Origin: an uncultured delta proteobacterium
Lineage (GTDB): Bacteria > Desulfobacterota > Binatia > HRBIN30 > BPIQ01
Assembly: GCA_963761335.1 (NCBI GenBank)
Contig: CAVXGR010000017.1
Span: 256,001-320,000 of the forward strand
Reading direction: 5' to 3'
DNA: 64,000 bases
This document shows, piece after piece, positions 18,198 through 32,200 of the stretch. Numbering within the stretch: the first letter of the stretch is position 1; each line of letters opens with the position of its first letter. Both the position numbers and the translations under genes were made by a program. The notes under the pieces were generated by a model that was given only the letters and a program-made list of their open reading frames with translations, was not told the origin of the DNA and searched no databases.

Positions 18198-18392
18198 ATG
18201 GCTAGAATCACCGTCGAAGACTGCTTGGAAAGAGTGGGTAACCGCTTCGAGCTCGTGCTGCTCAGCACCAAACGGGCCAAGCAGCTGCTGAAGGGCGCCC
18301 GTCCCCTGGTGGAGACCGACAACAAGGAGGTCGTCACCTCGCTGCGCGAGATCGCCGCGGGGAAGGTCGAGATGCATTACCCCGAGGAGTAG
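18198..18392 (+). CDS. rpoZ: RNA polymerase omega subunit
   Basis: [18 protein letters not shown]....KRAKQL...NKEVV.SLREIA. Confidence 0.95.
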   Translation: MARITVEDCLERVGNRFELVLLSTKRAKQLLKGARPLVETDNKEVVTSLREIAAGKVEMHYPEE

Positions 18393-18463
18393 TCGGGCTC
18401 TCCGGGAAGTTTCCTTTGGCGCCCGCGATGGGGCGCGGCGCCCCGGCTCCGGGGCGAGCAGTC

Positions 18464-19510
18464 ATGGCCGAAGACGATATCGTCGAGGAAGAGCTGCCAG
18501 GCGACCAGCCCGAGAGTGACGTCGAGCCAGAGACCGTCGGGGCTCTGGAGGACGGATCGGTGGCCGAGGCGGTCTCCGATGACGACGACGCTGCGGAGGA
18601 AGAGACCGCCGAGGACGGCGGCGGCGTCGTGGCGATACCCGAGCGAGCCGGCTCGCTGGTTCCCTACGACTCGCTGCAGCGCTACCTGAGCGAGATCCGC
18701 AAGTACCCGCTGCTCAGCCGCGAGGAGGAGCATCGACTGGCGGTGCGCTACCGGGAAGAGGGCGATCTCGATTCCGCCTATCAGCTGGTAACCTCGAATC
18801 TGCGCTTGGTCGTGCTGATTGCGCGCGAGTACCAGCGCGCTTTCCGCAACATTCTCGACCTCGTTCAGGAGGGCAACATCGGCTTGATGGAGGCGGTCAA
18901 GAAGTTCGACCCCTACCGCGGCGTGCGCTTCCCCTCCTATGCGGTGTGGTGGATTCGCGCCTACATCATCCGCTACGTCATGAACAACTGGCGGCTGGTG
19001 AAGATCGGCACCACGCAGGCGCAGCGCAAGCTCTTCTTCAACCTGCAGAAGGAGAAGGATCGCCTGGAGGCGGAGGGCTTTGCCGCCCAGCCCAAGCTGA
19101 TCGCCCAGCGCCTGGACGTCAAGGAGGCCGAGGTCGTCGAGATGCAGCAGCGGCTGGCGGCGCGCGATCTCTCCGTGGATGCGCCGGTCGACGACAGCGG
19201 CTCGGGGTCGCTCCTCGACATCCTCCCCGGCGGCGGCGGCACGACCGAGGAGCGCATGGCGGAGGCGGAGTACCGCTCCAAGATCTCCGAGAAGATCCAC
19301 GAGTTCGGCGCCGGCCTCACCGGCAAGGACCGCGTCATCTTCGATTCCCGGCTGCTCGCCGACGAGCCGCTGACGCTGCAGGAGATCGGCGATCGCTACG
19401 GCATCAGTCGCGAGCGCGTGCGCCAGATCGAGAGCCGCCTGAAGAAGAGGCTCAAGCAGTATCTCTTGGCGCAGATGGAGGACCTCGAGGAGACCGTCCT
19501 CGGCCCCTGA
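18464..19510 (+). CDS. rpoH: RNA polymerase sigma-32 family factor
   Basis: SNLRLVV, DLVQEGNIGLM.AVKKFDP, RpoH box QRKLFFNL, ISRERVRQIE. Confidence 0.88.
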   Translation: MAEDDIVEEELPGDQPESDVEPETVGALEDGSVAEAVSDDDDAAEEETAEDGGGVVAIPERAGSLVPYDSLQRYLSEIRKYPLLSREEEHRLAVRYREEGDLDSAYQLVTSNLRLVVLIAREYQRAFRNILDLVQEGNIGLMEAVKKFDPYRGVRFPSYAVWWIRAYIIRYVMNNWRLVKIGTTQAQRKLFFNLQKEKDRLEAEGFAAQPKLIAQRLDVKEAEVVEMQQRLAARDLSVDAPVDDSGSGSLLDILPGGGGTTEERMAEAEYRSKISEKIHEFGAGLTGKDRVIFDSRLLADEPLTLQEIGDRYGISRERVRQIESRLKKRLKQYLLAQMEDLEETVLGP

Positions 19511-19542
19511 GGCCACGCTGCGGCCCGCTCTTTCATTCATTC

Positions 19543-19687
19543 TCCGTTCTCATTTCCGGTTCTCATCCCGTCGTTTTTCATTCGCTTTGAAGGCCCCGGG
19601 GTGAGTCCCGGGCGACCGGTCTCACCGTGCCGTGCAGTACAATGGGAAACGACGGGATGAGAACCGGGAATGAGAACCGAAAACGGC
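19543..19687. repeat. Intergenic imperfect inverted repeat (TTCTCATTTCCGGTTCTCATCCCGTCGTTT / AAACGACGGGATGAGAACCGGGAATGAGAA)
   Basis: Complementary arms; a 17-mer is shared with 31069-31085. Confidence 0.75.
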
Positions 19688-19795
19688 CCTCAACACCCAA
19701 CACCTCAACACCTCGTCCCCGCGCCTTGCGACCTCGGGACCCCGTCGCTATAGTCGCGCCTTCCACATCATCCGGCGCTCAGGGGGAACACTCGC

Positions 19796-21445
19796 ATGGG
19801 ATCGATTCACGGGGGGCGTGTCGTAGCGAAAGCTCTGCAGGCGGAGGGCGTGCCGTTCGTCTTCACGCTCTGCGGCGGGCACGTCATGCCCATTTACGAC
19901 GGCTGCGTCGACGAGGGGATTCGCGTCATCGACGTGCGCCACGAGCAGACGGCGGCGCACGCCGCCGACGGCTGGGCGCGGGTCACCGGCAGGCCCGGGG
20001 TTGCCATCGTCACCGCCGGCCCGGGTCTCACCGACGCGGTTACCGGCGTCGCCAGCGCCTACCGCGCCAACATCCCCATGCTCATCATCGGCGGGCAGGG
20101 GCCGCGGCCCTTCGCCGACATGGGGTCGCTGCAGGACATGAACCACGTCGAGCTCATGCGGCCGATCACCAAATGGGCCGTCTCGGTCCCCGAAGGTCGG
20201 CGGCTGGCGGAGTACGTGTCGATCGCCTTCCGCAAGGCGACCACCGGCCTTCCGGGCCCGGTGTTCCTCGAGATGCCGATCGACCAGCTCTTCGACACCT
20301 ACGAGGAGGAGCGGGTCGTCTTTCCGACGCGCTACCGCACCGAGGCCGGCATCGCCGGCGATCCGCGCTACGTCGCCATGGCCTTCGAGCTGCTCAAGAA
20401 GGCCGAGCGCCCGGTGGCTCTGGTGGGTACGCAGCTGCGCTGGTCGGCGCGTCGCGAGGCGTACCCGGAGTTCGTGCAGACCTTCGGCATGCCGGTATAC
20501 GTCAACGGCCTCGGCCGCGGCTCGCTGCCGCCCGAGAGCCCCTTCTTCTTCTCACAGACGCGCAAGGATGCCCTCAAGCAGGCCGATGTGGTGCTGATCT
20601 TCGGCACGCCCCTCGACTTCCGGCTCGGCTACGGCCGCGAGAGCCACATCAATCCGGAGGCCAAGCTCATCCAGGTGGACCTCGACGGGGCCGAGCTCGG
20701 GCGCAACCGGCCGGTCGACGTCGGCATCATCGGCGACACCGGCCTGGTGATGGAGCAGCTCACCCAGTGCGCCTCGCTCGACGGCTTCACCTCCGCAATG
20801 GTCAAGCCGTGGCTGGAGCAGCTGCGGCAGCGCGAGACCGAGAAGCGGGAGCGGCTGGCGGCGGAGCGCGACTCCGACGCGGTGCCGATCAATCCACTGC
20901 GCGCCTGCCGCGACATCGCCGACGTTCTCGATCGCGACGCCATCGTCATCGGCGACGGCGGCGACTTCGTGGCCACCGCCGCCTCGATCGTGCGCATCTA
21001 CCAGCAGGGGCACTGGCTGGATCCGGGTCCCCTCGGCACCCTCGGCGTCGGGCCGGGCTACGCCATGGCGGCCAAGCTGGCGAAGCCGAACAGCACGGTG
21101 ATGATCATCTACGGCGATGGCTCCTTCGGCCTGCACGCCATGGAGTTCGAGGCCTGCATCCGGCAGAAGATCAACATCGTCGGTGTCATCGGCAACGACG
21201 CCGGCTGGACGCAGATCCTCCGCGGCCAGGTGCAGATCTACGGCGAGGAGCGCGCCGTGGCCACACGCCTGGCGTACACCCGCTACGACAAGGTGGTCGA
21301 GGCGCTCGGCGGGCACGGGGAGTACGTGGAGCGGCCGGAGGAGCTCAAGCCGGCGCTCGAACGGGCTCTCTCCGCGGGCAAGCCGGCGCTGGTGAACGTC
21401 AAGATCGGCAAGAGTGACTTCCGCAAGGACGCCATCTCCATCTGA
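19796..21445 (+). CDS. ThDP-dependent enzyme, acetolactate synthase-like (IlvB-like/2-hydroxyacyl-CoA lyase group)
   Basis: [43 protein letters not shown]...GND. Confidence 0.88.
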   Translation: MGSIHGGRVVAKALQAEGVPFVFTLCGGHVMPIYDGCVDEGIRVIDVRHEQTAAHAADGWARVTGRPGVAIVTAGPGLTDAVTGVASAYRANIPMLIIGGQGPRPFADMGSLQDMNHVELMRPITKWAVSVPEGRRLAEYVSIAFRKATTGLPGPVFLEMPIDQLFDTYEEERVVFPTRYRTEAGIAGDPRYVAMAFELLKKAERPVALVGTQLRWSARREAYPEFVQTFGMPVYVNGLGRGSLPPESPFFFSQTRKDALKQADVVLIFGTPLDFRLGYGRESHINPEAKLIQVDLDGAELGRNRPVDVGIIGDTGLVMEQLTQCASLDGFTSAMVKPWLEQLRQRETEKRERLAAERDSDAVPINPLRACRDIADVLDRDAIVIGDGGDFVATAASIVRIYQQGHWLDPGPLGTLGVGPGYAMAAKLAKPNSTVMIIYGDGSFGLHAMEFEACIRQKINIVGVIGNDAGWTQILRGQVQIYGEERAVATRLAYTRYDKVVEALGGHGEYVERPEELKPALERALSAGKPALVNVKIGKSDFRKDAISI

Positions 21446-21455
21446 GGCGGCCGCC

Positions 21456-22193
<738 letters not shown>

Positions 22194-22212
22194 GCGCGGT
22201 GGCGAGCGGCGC

Positions 22213-22812
22213 ATGCAAGTGAAGGAGGCGCGCTTCTTCGCCGGCGCCGCCGAGGCCGGGCGACTGCCGCGAGCGCAGGGACCGGAGATTGCCTTTGCGG
22301 GCCGCTCGAACGTCGGCAAGTCGACGCTGCTGAACGCCCTGACCGGCCGCCATCAGCTGGCGCGGGTCAGCAAGACGCCGGGCCGCACGCAGCAGATCAA
22401 CTTTTTCGCCCTCGACGATCGCCTGGTCTTCGTCGATCTCCCCGGGTACGGCTTCGCCCGCGTGCCGCTGGCGGTCAAGGAGCGCTGGAAGGTCCTGGTC
22501 GAGAGCTACCTGGCGAGCCGCGAGGCGCTGCGCGGCGTGGTGCTGATCGTCGATGTGCGCCGCGGCGTGCAGGAGGACGACGCCATGCTCATCGATTTCC
22601 TGCGAGCCAGCTCGATTCCGGTGATCCTGGTGGCCACCAAGCTCGACAAGCTGCCGCGCGGGCAGCGGCAGAAGGCGCTGCGGCAGATCTCCCTGCGCCC
22701 GCTGCGGGGCGTATCGGCCGTCGTCGGCTTCGCCGCGCCGACGGGCGAGGGCGTGCGCGAGCTCTGGCGCGAGATCGAGATGCTGGCGGGCGCGCGCCTC
22801 AAAGGGCCGTGA
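22213..22812 (+). CDS. engB: Ribosome biogenesis GTPase YihA/YsxC
   Basis: GRSNVGKSTL, SKTPGRT, DLPGYG, TKLDK. Confidence 0.95.
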   Translation: MQVKEARFFAGAAEAGRLPRAQGPEIAFAGRSNVGKSTLLNALTGRHQLARVSKTPGRTQQINFFALDDRLVFVDLPGYGFARVPLAVKERWKVLVESYLASREALRGVVLIVDVRRGVQEDDAMLIDFLRASSIPVILVATKLDKLPRGQRQKALRQISLRPLRGVSAVVGFAAPTGEGVRELWREIEMLAGARLKGP

Positions 22813-24076
22813 AGCACTCGTTGCGCGTCAAATCCTCCACCGTCTCGCGGCGCGAGATCAGGTAGGGCTTGTCGCCCTCGAGCCACACCTGCGGGGCGCG
22901 GCCGATGGAGTTGTAGTTGGAGCTCATGGCGGCGCCGTAGGCGCCGGCGTCGTGGATCACCGCCAGCTCCCCGGGACGGGGCTCCGGCAGCAGACGCGGC
23001 TCGACGAGCTCCTCGGCGTTGCGGGTGAAGACATCGCCGGATTCGCACAGCGGGCCGGCCACCGCCGTCGGCACCAGCGGCGCGCGGCTGCCGGGGATCG
23101 AGATGTGGTGGTATGAGCCGTACATCGCCGGGCGCACGAGGTCGCAGAAGCCCGCGTCGACCATGGTGAAGGTCTGCCCCGGCCCCTTGTCGTTGCTGCG
23201 CGTCTGCTTGACGTCGGTGATCCGCGTCACCAGCACTCCCGCGGGAGCGACGAAGGAACGTCCCGGCTCGATCTCCACGCGGATCGGGCGCCCGGCGCGC
23301 CGGCTGAGATCGTCGCCAATGCGCCGCAGAGTGCGGCCGCATTCCTCGATGTCGATGGCGGCGCCATCGGGCCGATAGGGGTAGGGAATGCCGCCGCCGA
23401 AGTTCACGGCGCGGGCGTCGGGGTAGTCGCCGATGCGCTCGGCGAAGAAATCGCCGAGGCGGGAGAGATTGGTGGAGAACTCGGCGATTGCCGGCCCGGT
23501 GCCGATGTGGGCGTGCAGGAGGACGATGGGGTAGCAGAGACGGCCGGCCTCCTGGCGCCAGCGCTCGACGTCTTCGTACCAGAGACCGTGCTTGGAGCTC
23601 GGCCCGCCGGTGTCGCAGGATTGCACGTGGCCATGGCCGAAGCCGGGATTGAAGCGGAAGCCGACCGGGCCGCGGTAGCCGGCCTCGCGGAGCGCCTGCA
23701 GCATTCCCGGCGAGCCGATGTTCGGCAGGATGCCGTTGGCGAGGATCACCTCCAGGGCATTGTCGCGGAAGACGTCGGCGGAGAGCAGCACCACGGGGGG
23801 CTCGGCACCCATGCGAAAGCCAGCGGCGCGGGCGCGCAGCACCTCGTTGCCGGAGACTGCGTCGATCCAGACGCCGTGCTCGCGCAGCTCTTCGAGGACG
23901 CGTCGCGCCGAGCACGCCTTCATGGCGTAGCGAGCCTGCAGGTCGCCTCCGGGAGCGATCTGGCGCAACGCCGCGATGCGGGCGCGCAGCGTCACCGCGT
24001 CGTAGAGATAGAAGGGCGTGCCCACGCGGGCCGCAATTCCCTCCAGGTCGACACGCTCGAACCAGTCCGACGGCAT
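22799..24076 (-). CDS. lysA: Diaminopimelate decarboxylase
   Basis: TPFYLYD, YAMKA, SKHG, HIGTG, EPGR, GPLCESGD, GAYG..MSSNYN. Confidence 0.9.
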   Translation of the reverse strand: MPSDWFERVDLEGIAARVGTPFYLYDAVTLRARIAALRQIAPGGDLQARYAMKACSARRVLEELREHGVWIDAVSGNEVLRARAAGFRMGAEPPVVLLSADVFRDNALEVILANGILPNIGSPGMLQALREAGYRGPVGFRFNPGFGHGHVQSCDTGGPSSKHGLWYEDVERWRQEAGRLCYPIVLLHAHIGTGPAIAEFSTNLSRLGDFFAERIGDYPDARAVNFGGGIPYPYRPDGAAIDIEECGRTLRRIGDDLSRRAGRPIRVEIEPGRSFVAPAGVLVTRITDVKQTRSNDKGPGQTFTMVDAGFCDLVRPAMYGSYHHISIPGSRAPLVPTAVAGPLCESGDVFTRNAEELVEPRLLPEPRPGELAVIHDAGAYGAAMSSNYNSIGRAPQVWLEGDKPYLISRRETVEDLTRNECFTAL

Positions 24077-24226
24077 CTCTTCTCCCCGATGGGCCTCTTC
24101 TAGCGTGCCTGCCGCGGCGATGCCAGGAAGGCCGGGGATACGGCGGGCACGGGGTGCCAAACTTTGACTCGCCGGGCGCGGTGTGGTTAATCCAGCAGGT
24201 TCGCTTCCCCCGTTCGACCCCCATCC

Positions 24227-26820
<2,594 letters not shown>

Positions 26821-26824
<4 letters not shown>

Positions 26825-28428
26825 GAACGAGTCTGATGTATCGGGCCCTGTTGATGGTGGGGCTCACGGTGGCGGCGATCGTCATGCTGATCCCGTCGCT
26901 GGTGACCAACCTGCCCTCATGGTGGACGGCGATTCTGCCGACGGAGCACGTGCGTCTCGGCCTCGACCTGCGCGGTGGCACGCACCTGGTGCTGACCGTC
27001 GAGGTCGACAAGGCGATCGAGCACACCATGGAGCGCTACGTCGAGGAGATCAAGCACGAGCTGCCGAACGCCAAGATCCAGAACGCCAAGATCGAGCATC
27101 AGGGCCAGAAGGTCATCGTGCATCTCGCCAGCCCCGACGACGCCGTCGCCTTCAAGGACATGCTCGCCGAGCGCTTCGGCACCCTGACGGTGGAGGACAG
27201 CAGCATCGAGAGCGGTGCTCCGGTGCTGCGCGTCGGGCTGACCAAGCCGGAGGACCAGCGCCTGCGCGATTTCGCCGTGCAGCAGTCGATCGAGACGATC
27301 CGTAACCGCATCGACCAGTTGGGCGTCACCGAGCCGATCATCCAGCGGCAGGGCGATGACGGCATTCTCGTGCAGCTCCCCGGTATCCAGGAGCCGGAGC
27401 GCGCCAAGGATCTGATCGGCAGGACGGCCGTGCTGGAGTTCAAGCTCCTGCCCGCCGAGGCCACCAACCCCGCCCAGTACACGGAGCCGGGAAAGCAGCC
27501 GCCGCCGGGGACCACCCTGCTTTACGGTCCGGAGTACAACCCGGTGACCGGCACCACGCATCGCGTGCCCTATCTGGTCGAGAACCAGACGCTGATGACC
27601 GGGGACGTGGTCGCCGACGCGCGGGTTCGGCCGCAGACGAAGATGGAAGGCCCCTCGGTCGAGCTCGACCTGAATGCGCGCGGCGCCAAGATCTTCGACG
27701 AGATCACCGCCGCCAACGTCGGCCGGCGCATGGCGATCACTCTCGACAACACCGTCTACTCGGCGCCGGTGATTCGCGAGCGCATCAGCGGCGGGCGCGC
27801 CAACATCAGCGGCAGCTTCGACATCAAGGAGGCCCGCGATCTGGCGATCGTGCTGCGCGCCGGCGCCCTGCCGGCGCCGGTGGTCATCTCGGAGGAACGC
27901 ACCGTCGGCCCGACGCTGGGGGCGGACTCGATCCGCGAGGGCTTGCAGTCGTTCGCCGTGGGCGGGGCGCTGGTGCTGATCTTCATGGTCATCTACTACC
28001 GCTTTGCCGGGGTCCTCGCCGATATGGCGGTGATTCTCAACATCATCTTCCTGGCCGGCTCGATGGCGGCGCTGGGCTCGACCCTGACGCTGCCGGGGAT
28101 CGCCGGCATCGTCCTCACCCTGGGCATGGCGGTGGACGCCAACGTGCTCATCAACGAGCGCATCCGCGAGGAGCTGCGCCTCGGAAAATCGGCGCGCGCC
28201 GCCATCGACGCCGGCTACGAGCGCGCCCTTCCCGCCATTCTCGACAGCAACATCACCACCTTCCTCTCGGGAATCATTCTCTTTCAGTTCGGCTCGGGCC
28301 CGGTTCGGGGCTTTGCCGTAACTCTCTGCATCGGCATCGTCAGCTCCGTGATCACCGCCGTAGTCGGTACTCGCGTGGTCTACGACTACCTGCTGATGTA
28401 TCGACGGCTGCAGACGGTGAGCGTGTGA
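26821..28428 (+). CDS. secD: Protein translocase subunit SecD
   Basis: LGLDLRGG, RIDQLGV.EP, LRAGALPA, GMAVDANVLINERIREE; GTG start overlapping the yajC stop. Confidence 0.96.
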
Positions 28429-28429
28429 C

Positions 28430-29332
28430 ATGGAGCTGATCAGACCGGGTACCAACTTCGATTTCGTAAGCTTCCGCAAGACCGGATTCACGATCTCCGG
28501 CGTGCTGATCGCCATTGCCCTCATCTCGCTGATTGCCCATGGCGGGCCCAACTACGGCATCGACTTCGCCGGCGGCGTCATGGTGCACCTGCGCTTCGCC
28601 AAGGCGACGCCCATCGGCGAGATCCGCCAGGCGCTCGGCGGCATCCAGCTGGGCGAGTCGTCGATTCAGGACTTCGGCCCCGGCGGCACGGAGTTCCTGG
28701 TGCGCCTTCCCGAGGCGGCCAGTGAGACCAGCGGCGCCAGCGAGATCCTCACCCACGCGCTGCAGGAGAAGTTCGGCAAGGACGCCTTCCAGGTGCTGCG
28801 CGTCGAGCTGGTCGGACCACGGGTCGGCAAGGAGCTCCGCGAGCGCGCCATCCTCGCGGTGATCTTCTCGACCCTGATGATGGGCGCCTACATCTGGTTT
28901 CGCTTCGAGCTGCGCTTCGGCATCGGCGCCGCTGTGGCCCTGGTGCACGACGTCATCATCACCATGGGAGCGCTGTCGCTGCTCAACTATGAGTTCGATC
29001 TCACGGTCGTCGCCGCCCTGCTCACCGTGGTCGGCTTCTCGGTGAACGACACGGTGATCGTCTCGGATCGGATCCGCGAGAACCTGCGTAAGTTTCGCCG
29101 CGAGTCCCTGCCCGAGATCGTCAACCGCAGCATCAACGAGACGCTGAGCCGCACCATCCTCACCACCGGCACCGCGGTGCTGGTGATTCTGGCGCTCTTC
29201 TTTCTCGGCGGCAACGTGATCCGCGCCTTCGCCTTCACCCTGCTGGTCGGCTTTCTCATCGGCACCTACTCGTCGATCTACATCGCCAGCCCGATCGTGC
29301 TGCTGTTCGGCGGCGCCCCCAAGCGGCGCTGA
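28430..29332 (+). CDS. secF: Protein translocase subunit SecF
   Basis: GIDFAGG, VGP.VG, SVNDTVIV.DRIREN, GTYSSIYIA. Confidence 0.96.
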   Translation: MELIRPGTNFDFVSFRKTGFTISGVLIAIALISLIAHGGPNYGIDFAGGVMVHLRFAKATPIGEIRQALGGIQLGESSIQDFGPGGTEFLVRLPEAASETSGASEILTHALQEKFGKDAFQVLRVELVGPRVGKELRERAILAVIFSTLMMGAYIWFRFELRFGIGAAVALVHDVIITMGALSLLNYEFDLTVVAALLTVVGFSVNDTVIVSDRIRENLRKFRRESLPEIVNRSINETLSRTILTTGTAVLVILALFFLGGNVIRAFAFTLLVGFLIGTYSSIYIASPIVLLFGGAPKRR

Positions 29333-29338
29333 GGGAGG

Positions 29339-31042
29339 ATGGCGGCGCGCTGGATTCTCGCTCCGCGCCGTCCCGAGGCGGAGGCGACCCTCTGCCGCGA
29401 GCTGGCCGTCTCGCCGCGGCTGGCGCGCCTGCTGGCCAATCGCAATCAGGTCGCCCCGGCGACCGCCGCCGACTTTCTCGAGTCGAAGCTGTCGCGACAG
29501 CTGCGCTCGCCGCTGCTCTTCAGCGGCATGGCGGCGGCGTCGACGCGCGTCGTCGAGGCGATCAAGCGCGGTGAACGCATCGGCATATTCGGCGATTACG
29601 ACGTCGACGGCATCAGCGGCAGTGCCAGCCTCATCGCCTTCTTCCGCGCCCTCGGTCAGGACCCGGCGCTCTACATTCCCCATCGGGTGCGCGACGGCTA
29701 TGGGCTGAGCGACCGCGGCATGCGGGCTCTGGCGGAGCAGGGGTGCCGCGTGATCATCACCGTCGACTGCGGCGGCTGCTCGCACCGCGAGATCGGGGCG
29801 GCGCAGGAGAGCGGTATCGACGTCATCGTCTGCGACCACCATCAGGTGTCCGGGCGGCCCCTGCCGGCGCGCGCCGTGCTCAACCCCATCGAGCCGGATG
29901 CCGGGTTTCCGTTTCAGGGGCTGTGCGGCGCCGGCGTCAGCTTCTATCTGCTGCTCGGCACGCGCATGCGGCTGCGCGAGGAGGGAGGGGTGGCGGTTCC
30001 GGACCTGCGGCGTTGGCTGGATCTGGTCACTCTCGGAACCATCGCCGACATCGTTCCCATGCTCGAGGAGAACCGCGTGCTGGTGAAGTACGGCCTGCGC
30101 GAGATCGCCGCCAGTGTCCGTCCCGGAATGATGGCGCTCAAGTCCATCAGCGGCGTCAAGGCCGTCAACACCGGGGCGGTGGGCTTCCGGCTGGCGCCGC
30201 GTCTCAACGCCGGCGGCCGTCTCGCCGACGCCGCCAAGGCCGTCGACCTGCTCACCACCGACGACGCCGAGCGCGCCCGGCAGCTGGCCGAGGAGCTCGA
30301 TCAGGAGAACCGGACGCGGCGGGTGATCGAGGGCGAGATTCTCGCCGAGGCGCTGCGCCAGATCGAGGCGGACGGAGACTTCGCGGCCCGGCGCAGCATC
30401 GTGCTCGCTTCGGACGAGTGGCATCCCGGCGTCATCGGCATCGTCGCCTCGCGGCTCGTCGAGCGCTTCTATCGGCCCACGGCGCTCATCGCTCTCAACC
30501 CGGAGACCGGCCTCGGCCGCGGCTCCTGCCGCGGCATTCGCGGCGTGCATCTGTACCAGGTGCTGCAGCAGTGCGCCGCTCATCTCGAGGGCTTCGGCGG
30601 CCACCGCATGGCGGCGGGGATGACGATTCGCTCCGACCGTGTCGGCGACTTCGCCGTCGCCTTCGACGCCGCGGTGTCCTCGGCGACGTCGGCGCAGGAC
30701 TTCGTGCAGGAGGTGGTCGTCGACGACGCGCTCGACTTCGGCGAGGTCGACGACGCCCTGCTCGACGATCTCGACCGCCTCGAGCCCTTCGGTCCGGGAA
30801 ACGCCGAGCCGCTGTTCATCTCCCGCGGCGCCACCGTGCTGTCGCGGCGCGTCGTCGGCGAGTCGCACCTGCGCCTCTTCCTGCGACAGCAGGGCAGGGC
30901 GCTCGGCGCCATCGCCTTCGGCATGGCCGAGGCGCCAGTCGAGGTCGGCGACATCGTCGACCTGCTCGGCATACCCGAGCGCGACGACTGGAACGGCGGC
31001 GTATGCCTGCGCCTCAAGGCCCTCCGTCCGGCGGCAAAGTAA
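29339..31042 (+). CDS. recJ: ssDNA-specific exonuclease RecJ
   Basis: GDYDVDG, DGYG, TVDCG, DHH, PRLNAGGRL, FGGH, EPFG.GN. Confidence 0.95.
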   Translation: MAARWILAPRRPEAEATLCRELAVSPRLARLLANRNQVAPATAADFLESKLSRQLRSPLLFSGMAAASTRVVEAIKRGERIGIFGDYDVDGISGSASLIAFFRALGQDPALYIPHRVRDGYGLSDRGMRALAEQGCRVIITVDCGGCSHREIGAAQESGIDVIVCDHHQVSGRPLPARAVLNPIEPDAGFPFQGLCGAGVSFYLLLGTRMRLREEGGVAVPDLRRWLDLVTLGTIADIVPMLEENRVLVKYGLREIAASVRPGMMALKSISGVKAVNTGAVGFRLAPRLNAGGRLADAAKAVDLLTTDDAERARQLAEELDQENRTRRVIEGEILAEALRQIEADGDFAARRSIVLASDEWHPGVIGIVASRLVERFYRPTALIALNPETGLGRGSCRGIRGVHLYQVLQQCAAHLEGFGGHRMAAGMTIRSDRVGDFAVAFDAAVSSATSAQDFVQEVVVDDALDFGEVDDALLDDLDRLEPFGPGNAEPLFISRGATVLSRRVVGESHLRLFLRQQGRALGAIAFGMAEAPVEVGDIVDLLGIPERDDWNGGVCLRLKALRPAAK

Positions 31043-31108
31043 AGTAAGGACGAGCAATCGCGTTCCCGTTTCCGGTTCTCATCCCCACGCAGTCGGCGGT
31101 TGCGGGAA

Positions 31109-31136
31109 TTGAAGAAGTCTTGCGTTATTATATACT
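31109..31136 (+). promoter_or_regulatory. Sigma70-type promoter candidate TTGAAG-N16-TATACT
   Basis: AT-rich island upstream of a small HTH gene. Confidence 0.55.
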
Positions 31137-31278
31137 TGGTGCCTCTATTGAAGGCTGCGCTTCGCTCCAGTAGCACGCGGTTCCGCGGATCAGAACTTGA
31201 CTCGAATGGCGGCTCCTGTTACCGAGTTTCTCCCGTTGGTACCCACGCATCCGGGGGGGGGCAGAAAGTCGGAGTGCG

Positions 31279-31470
31279 ATGACAGATCGGGACGACGCCA
31301 TCCTAACGAGCAAAGAAGTCGCCTACATCCTGGACATGAGCCCGGACACGGTGAACGAGTTTGCGCGCAAGGGCATTCTCCCCGCCTTCAAGAAGGGGAG
31401 ACAGTGGCGCTTTCGCAGGCGCGAGATCGCCATGTTCAAGAGACAGTTCCAGGGAGCCACTGCAGCGTAG
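31279..31470 (+). CDS. Small excisionase-like (HTH_17/MerR-type) DNA-binding protein
   Basis: ILTSKEVAYIL.MS..TV...ARKG.LPAFK.GRQWRF; RBS GGAG. Confidence 0.85.
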   Translation: MTDRDDAILTSKEVAYILDMSPDTVNEFARKGILPAFKKGRQWRFRRREIAMFKRQFQGATAA

Positions 31471-31532
31471 TAGGAACCGGGACCGCCTGTCCGCCGCGGC
31501 ATGAGGTGAGAGGCAGGGGCACGAGGTAGGAT

Positions 31533-32165
31533 ATGCCACCAAGTCTACAGGCGACGCAGCCGCATCAGAGCAAGCTCTACTACGAGTTCTCGCATCTGTA
31601 TGACCGGCTCTTCTCGCGCGTCTTCTACCCGCGGATTGCCGCAGTGGTGGAATCGCTCAACATCCCCGGCGGCGCCCGGGTGCTCGAGGTGGGAGTGGGG
31701 ACCGGGCTCTCGCTCGATGCCTATCCGCCGCACTGCCAGGTCACTGGCATCGACCTGGCGCCGGACATGCTGGAGATCGCCCAGGACAAGGTCGACCGCA
31801 ACGGTTGGCGTCACATCGGCCTGATGGAGATGGACGCGCAGAACCTGACCTTCGCCGACAACACCTTCGACTATGCCATGGGATTTCACGTGGTCAGCGT
31901 GGTCCCCAAGGCGGACCTGCTGATGCGGGAGCTGGCGCGCGTCTGCAAGCCGGGCGCCACCGTCGTGGTGATCAATCACTTCCGCAGCCGCAACCCCGTG
32001 TTCGCCGCCCTCGACTCGCTGATCGCGCCGATCACCTCGCGGCTCGGCTGGCGCACCCTGCGGCTCGAGGAGGTGTTCGGCGAGAACTCCGTGCAGACGG
32101 CGCGGGTGTACAAGATGTCGAAGCACTCGCTGTTCACCATCGTCATCGCCCGCAACCAGAAGTGA
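31533..32165 (+). CDS. Class I SAM-dependent methyltransferase, phospholipid N-methyltransferase (PmtA)-like
   Basis: YD..F, VLEVGVGTGLSL..Y, MDAQ.L.F, VVSVVP, RVCKPG...INHF. Confidence 0.8.
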   Translation: MPPSLQATQPHQSKLYYEFSHLYDRLFSRVFYPRIAAVVESLNIPGGARVLEVGVGTGLSLDAYPPHCQVTGIDLAPDMLEIAQDKVDRNGWRHIGLMEMDAQNLTFADNTFDYAMGFHVVSVVPKADLLMRELARVCKPGATVVVINHFRSRNPVFAALDSLIAPITSRLGWRTLRLEEVFGENSVQTARVYKMSKHSLFTIVIARNQK

Positions 32166-32200
32166 GCGAGGCGCCGGCGCGCGCCGGGCGCGGCCGGTCG

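Noticed and set aside
22799..22812. Functional significance of the engB/lysA convergent 14-nt overlap
   Set aside because: Short 3' overlaps are common in compact GC-rich genomes, and there is no further evidence.
24170..24225. tRNA-like sequence between lysA and queA (TGG...GTTCGA)
   Set aside because: No acceptor stem or anticodon arm can be built. It is more likely the queA promoter/leader (TTGACT at 24164-24169).
31279..31470. Prophage or ICE boundary suggested by the excisionase-like gene
   Set aside because: No integrase, att-like repeat, tRNA or phage genes nearby, and the flanks are housekeeping genes.
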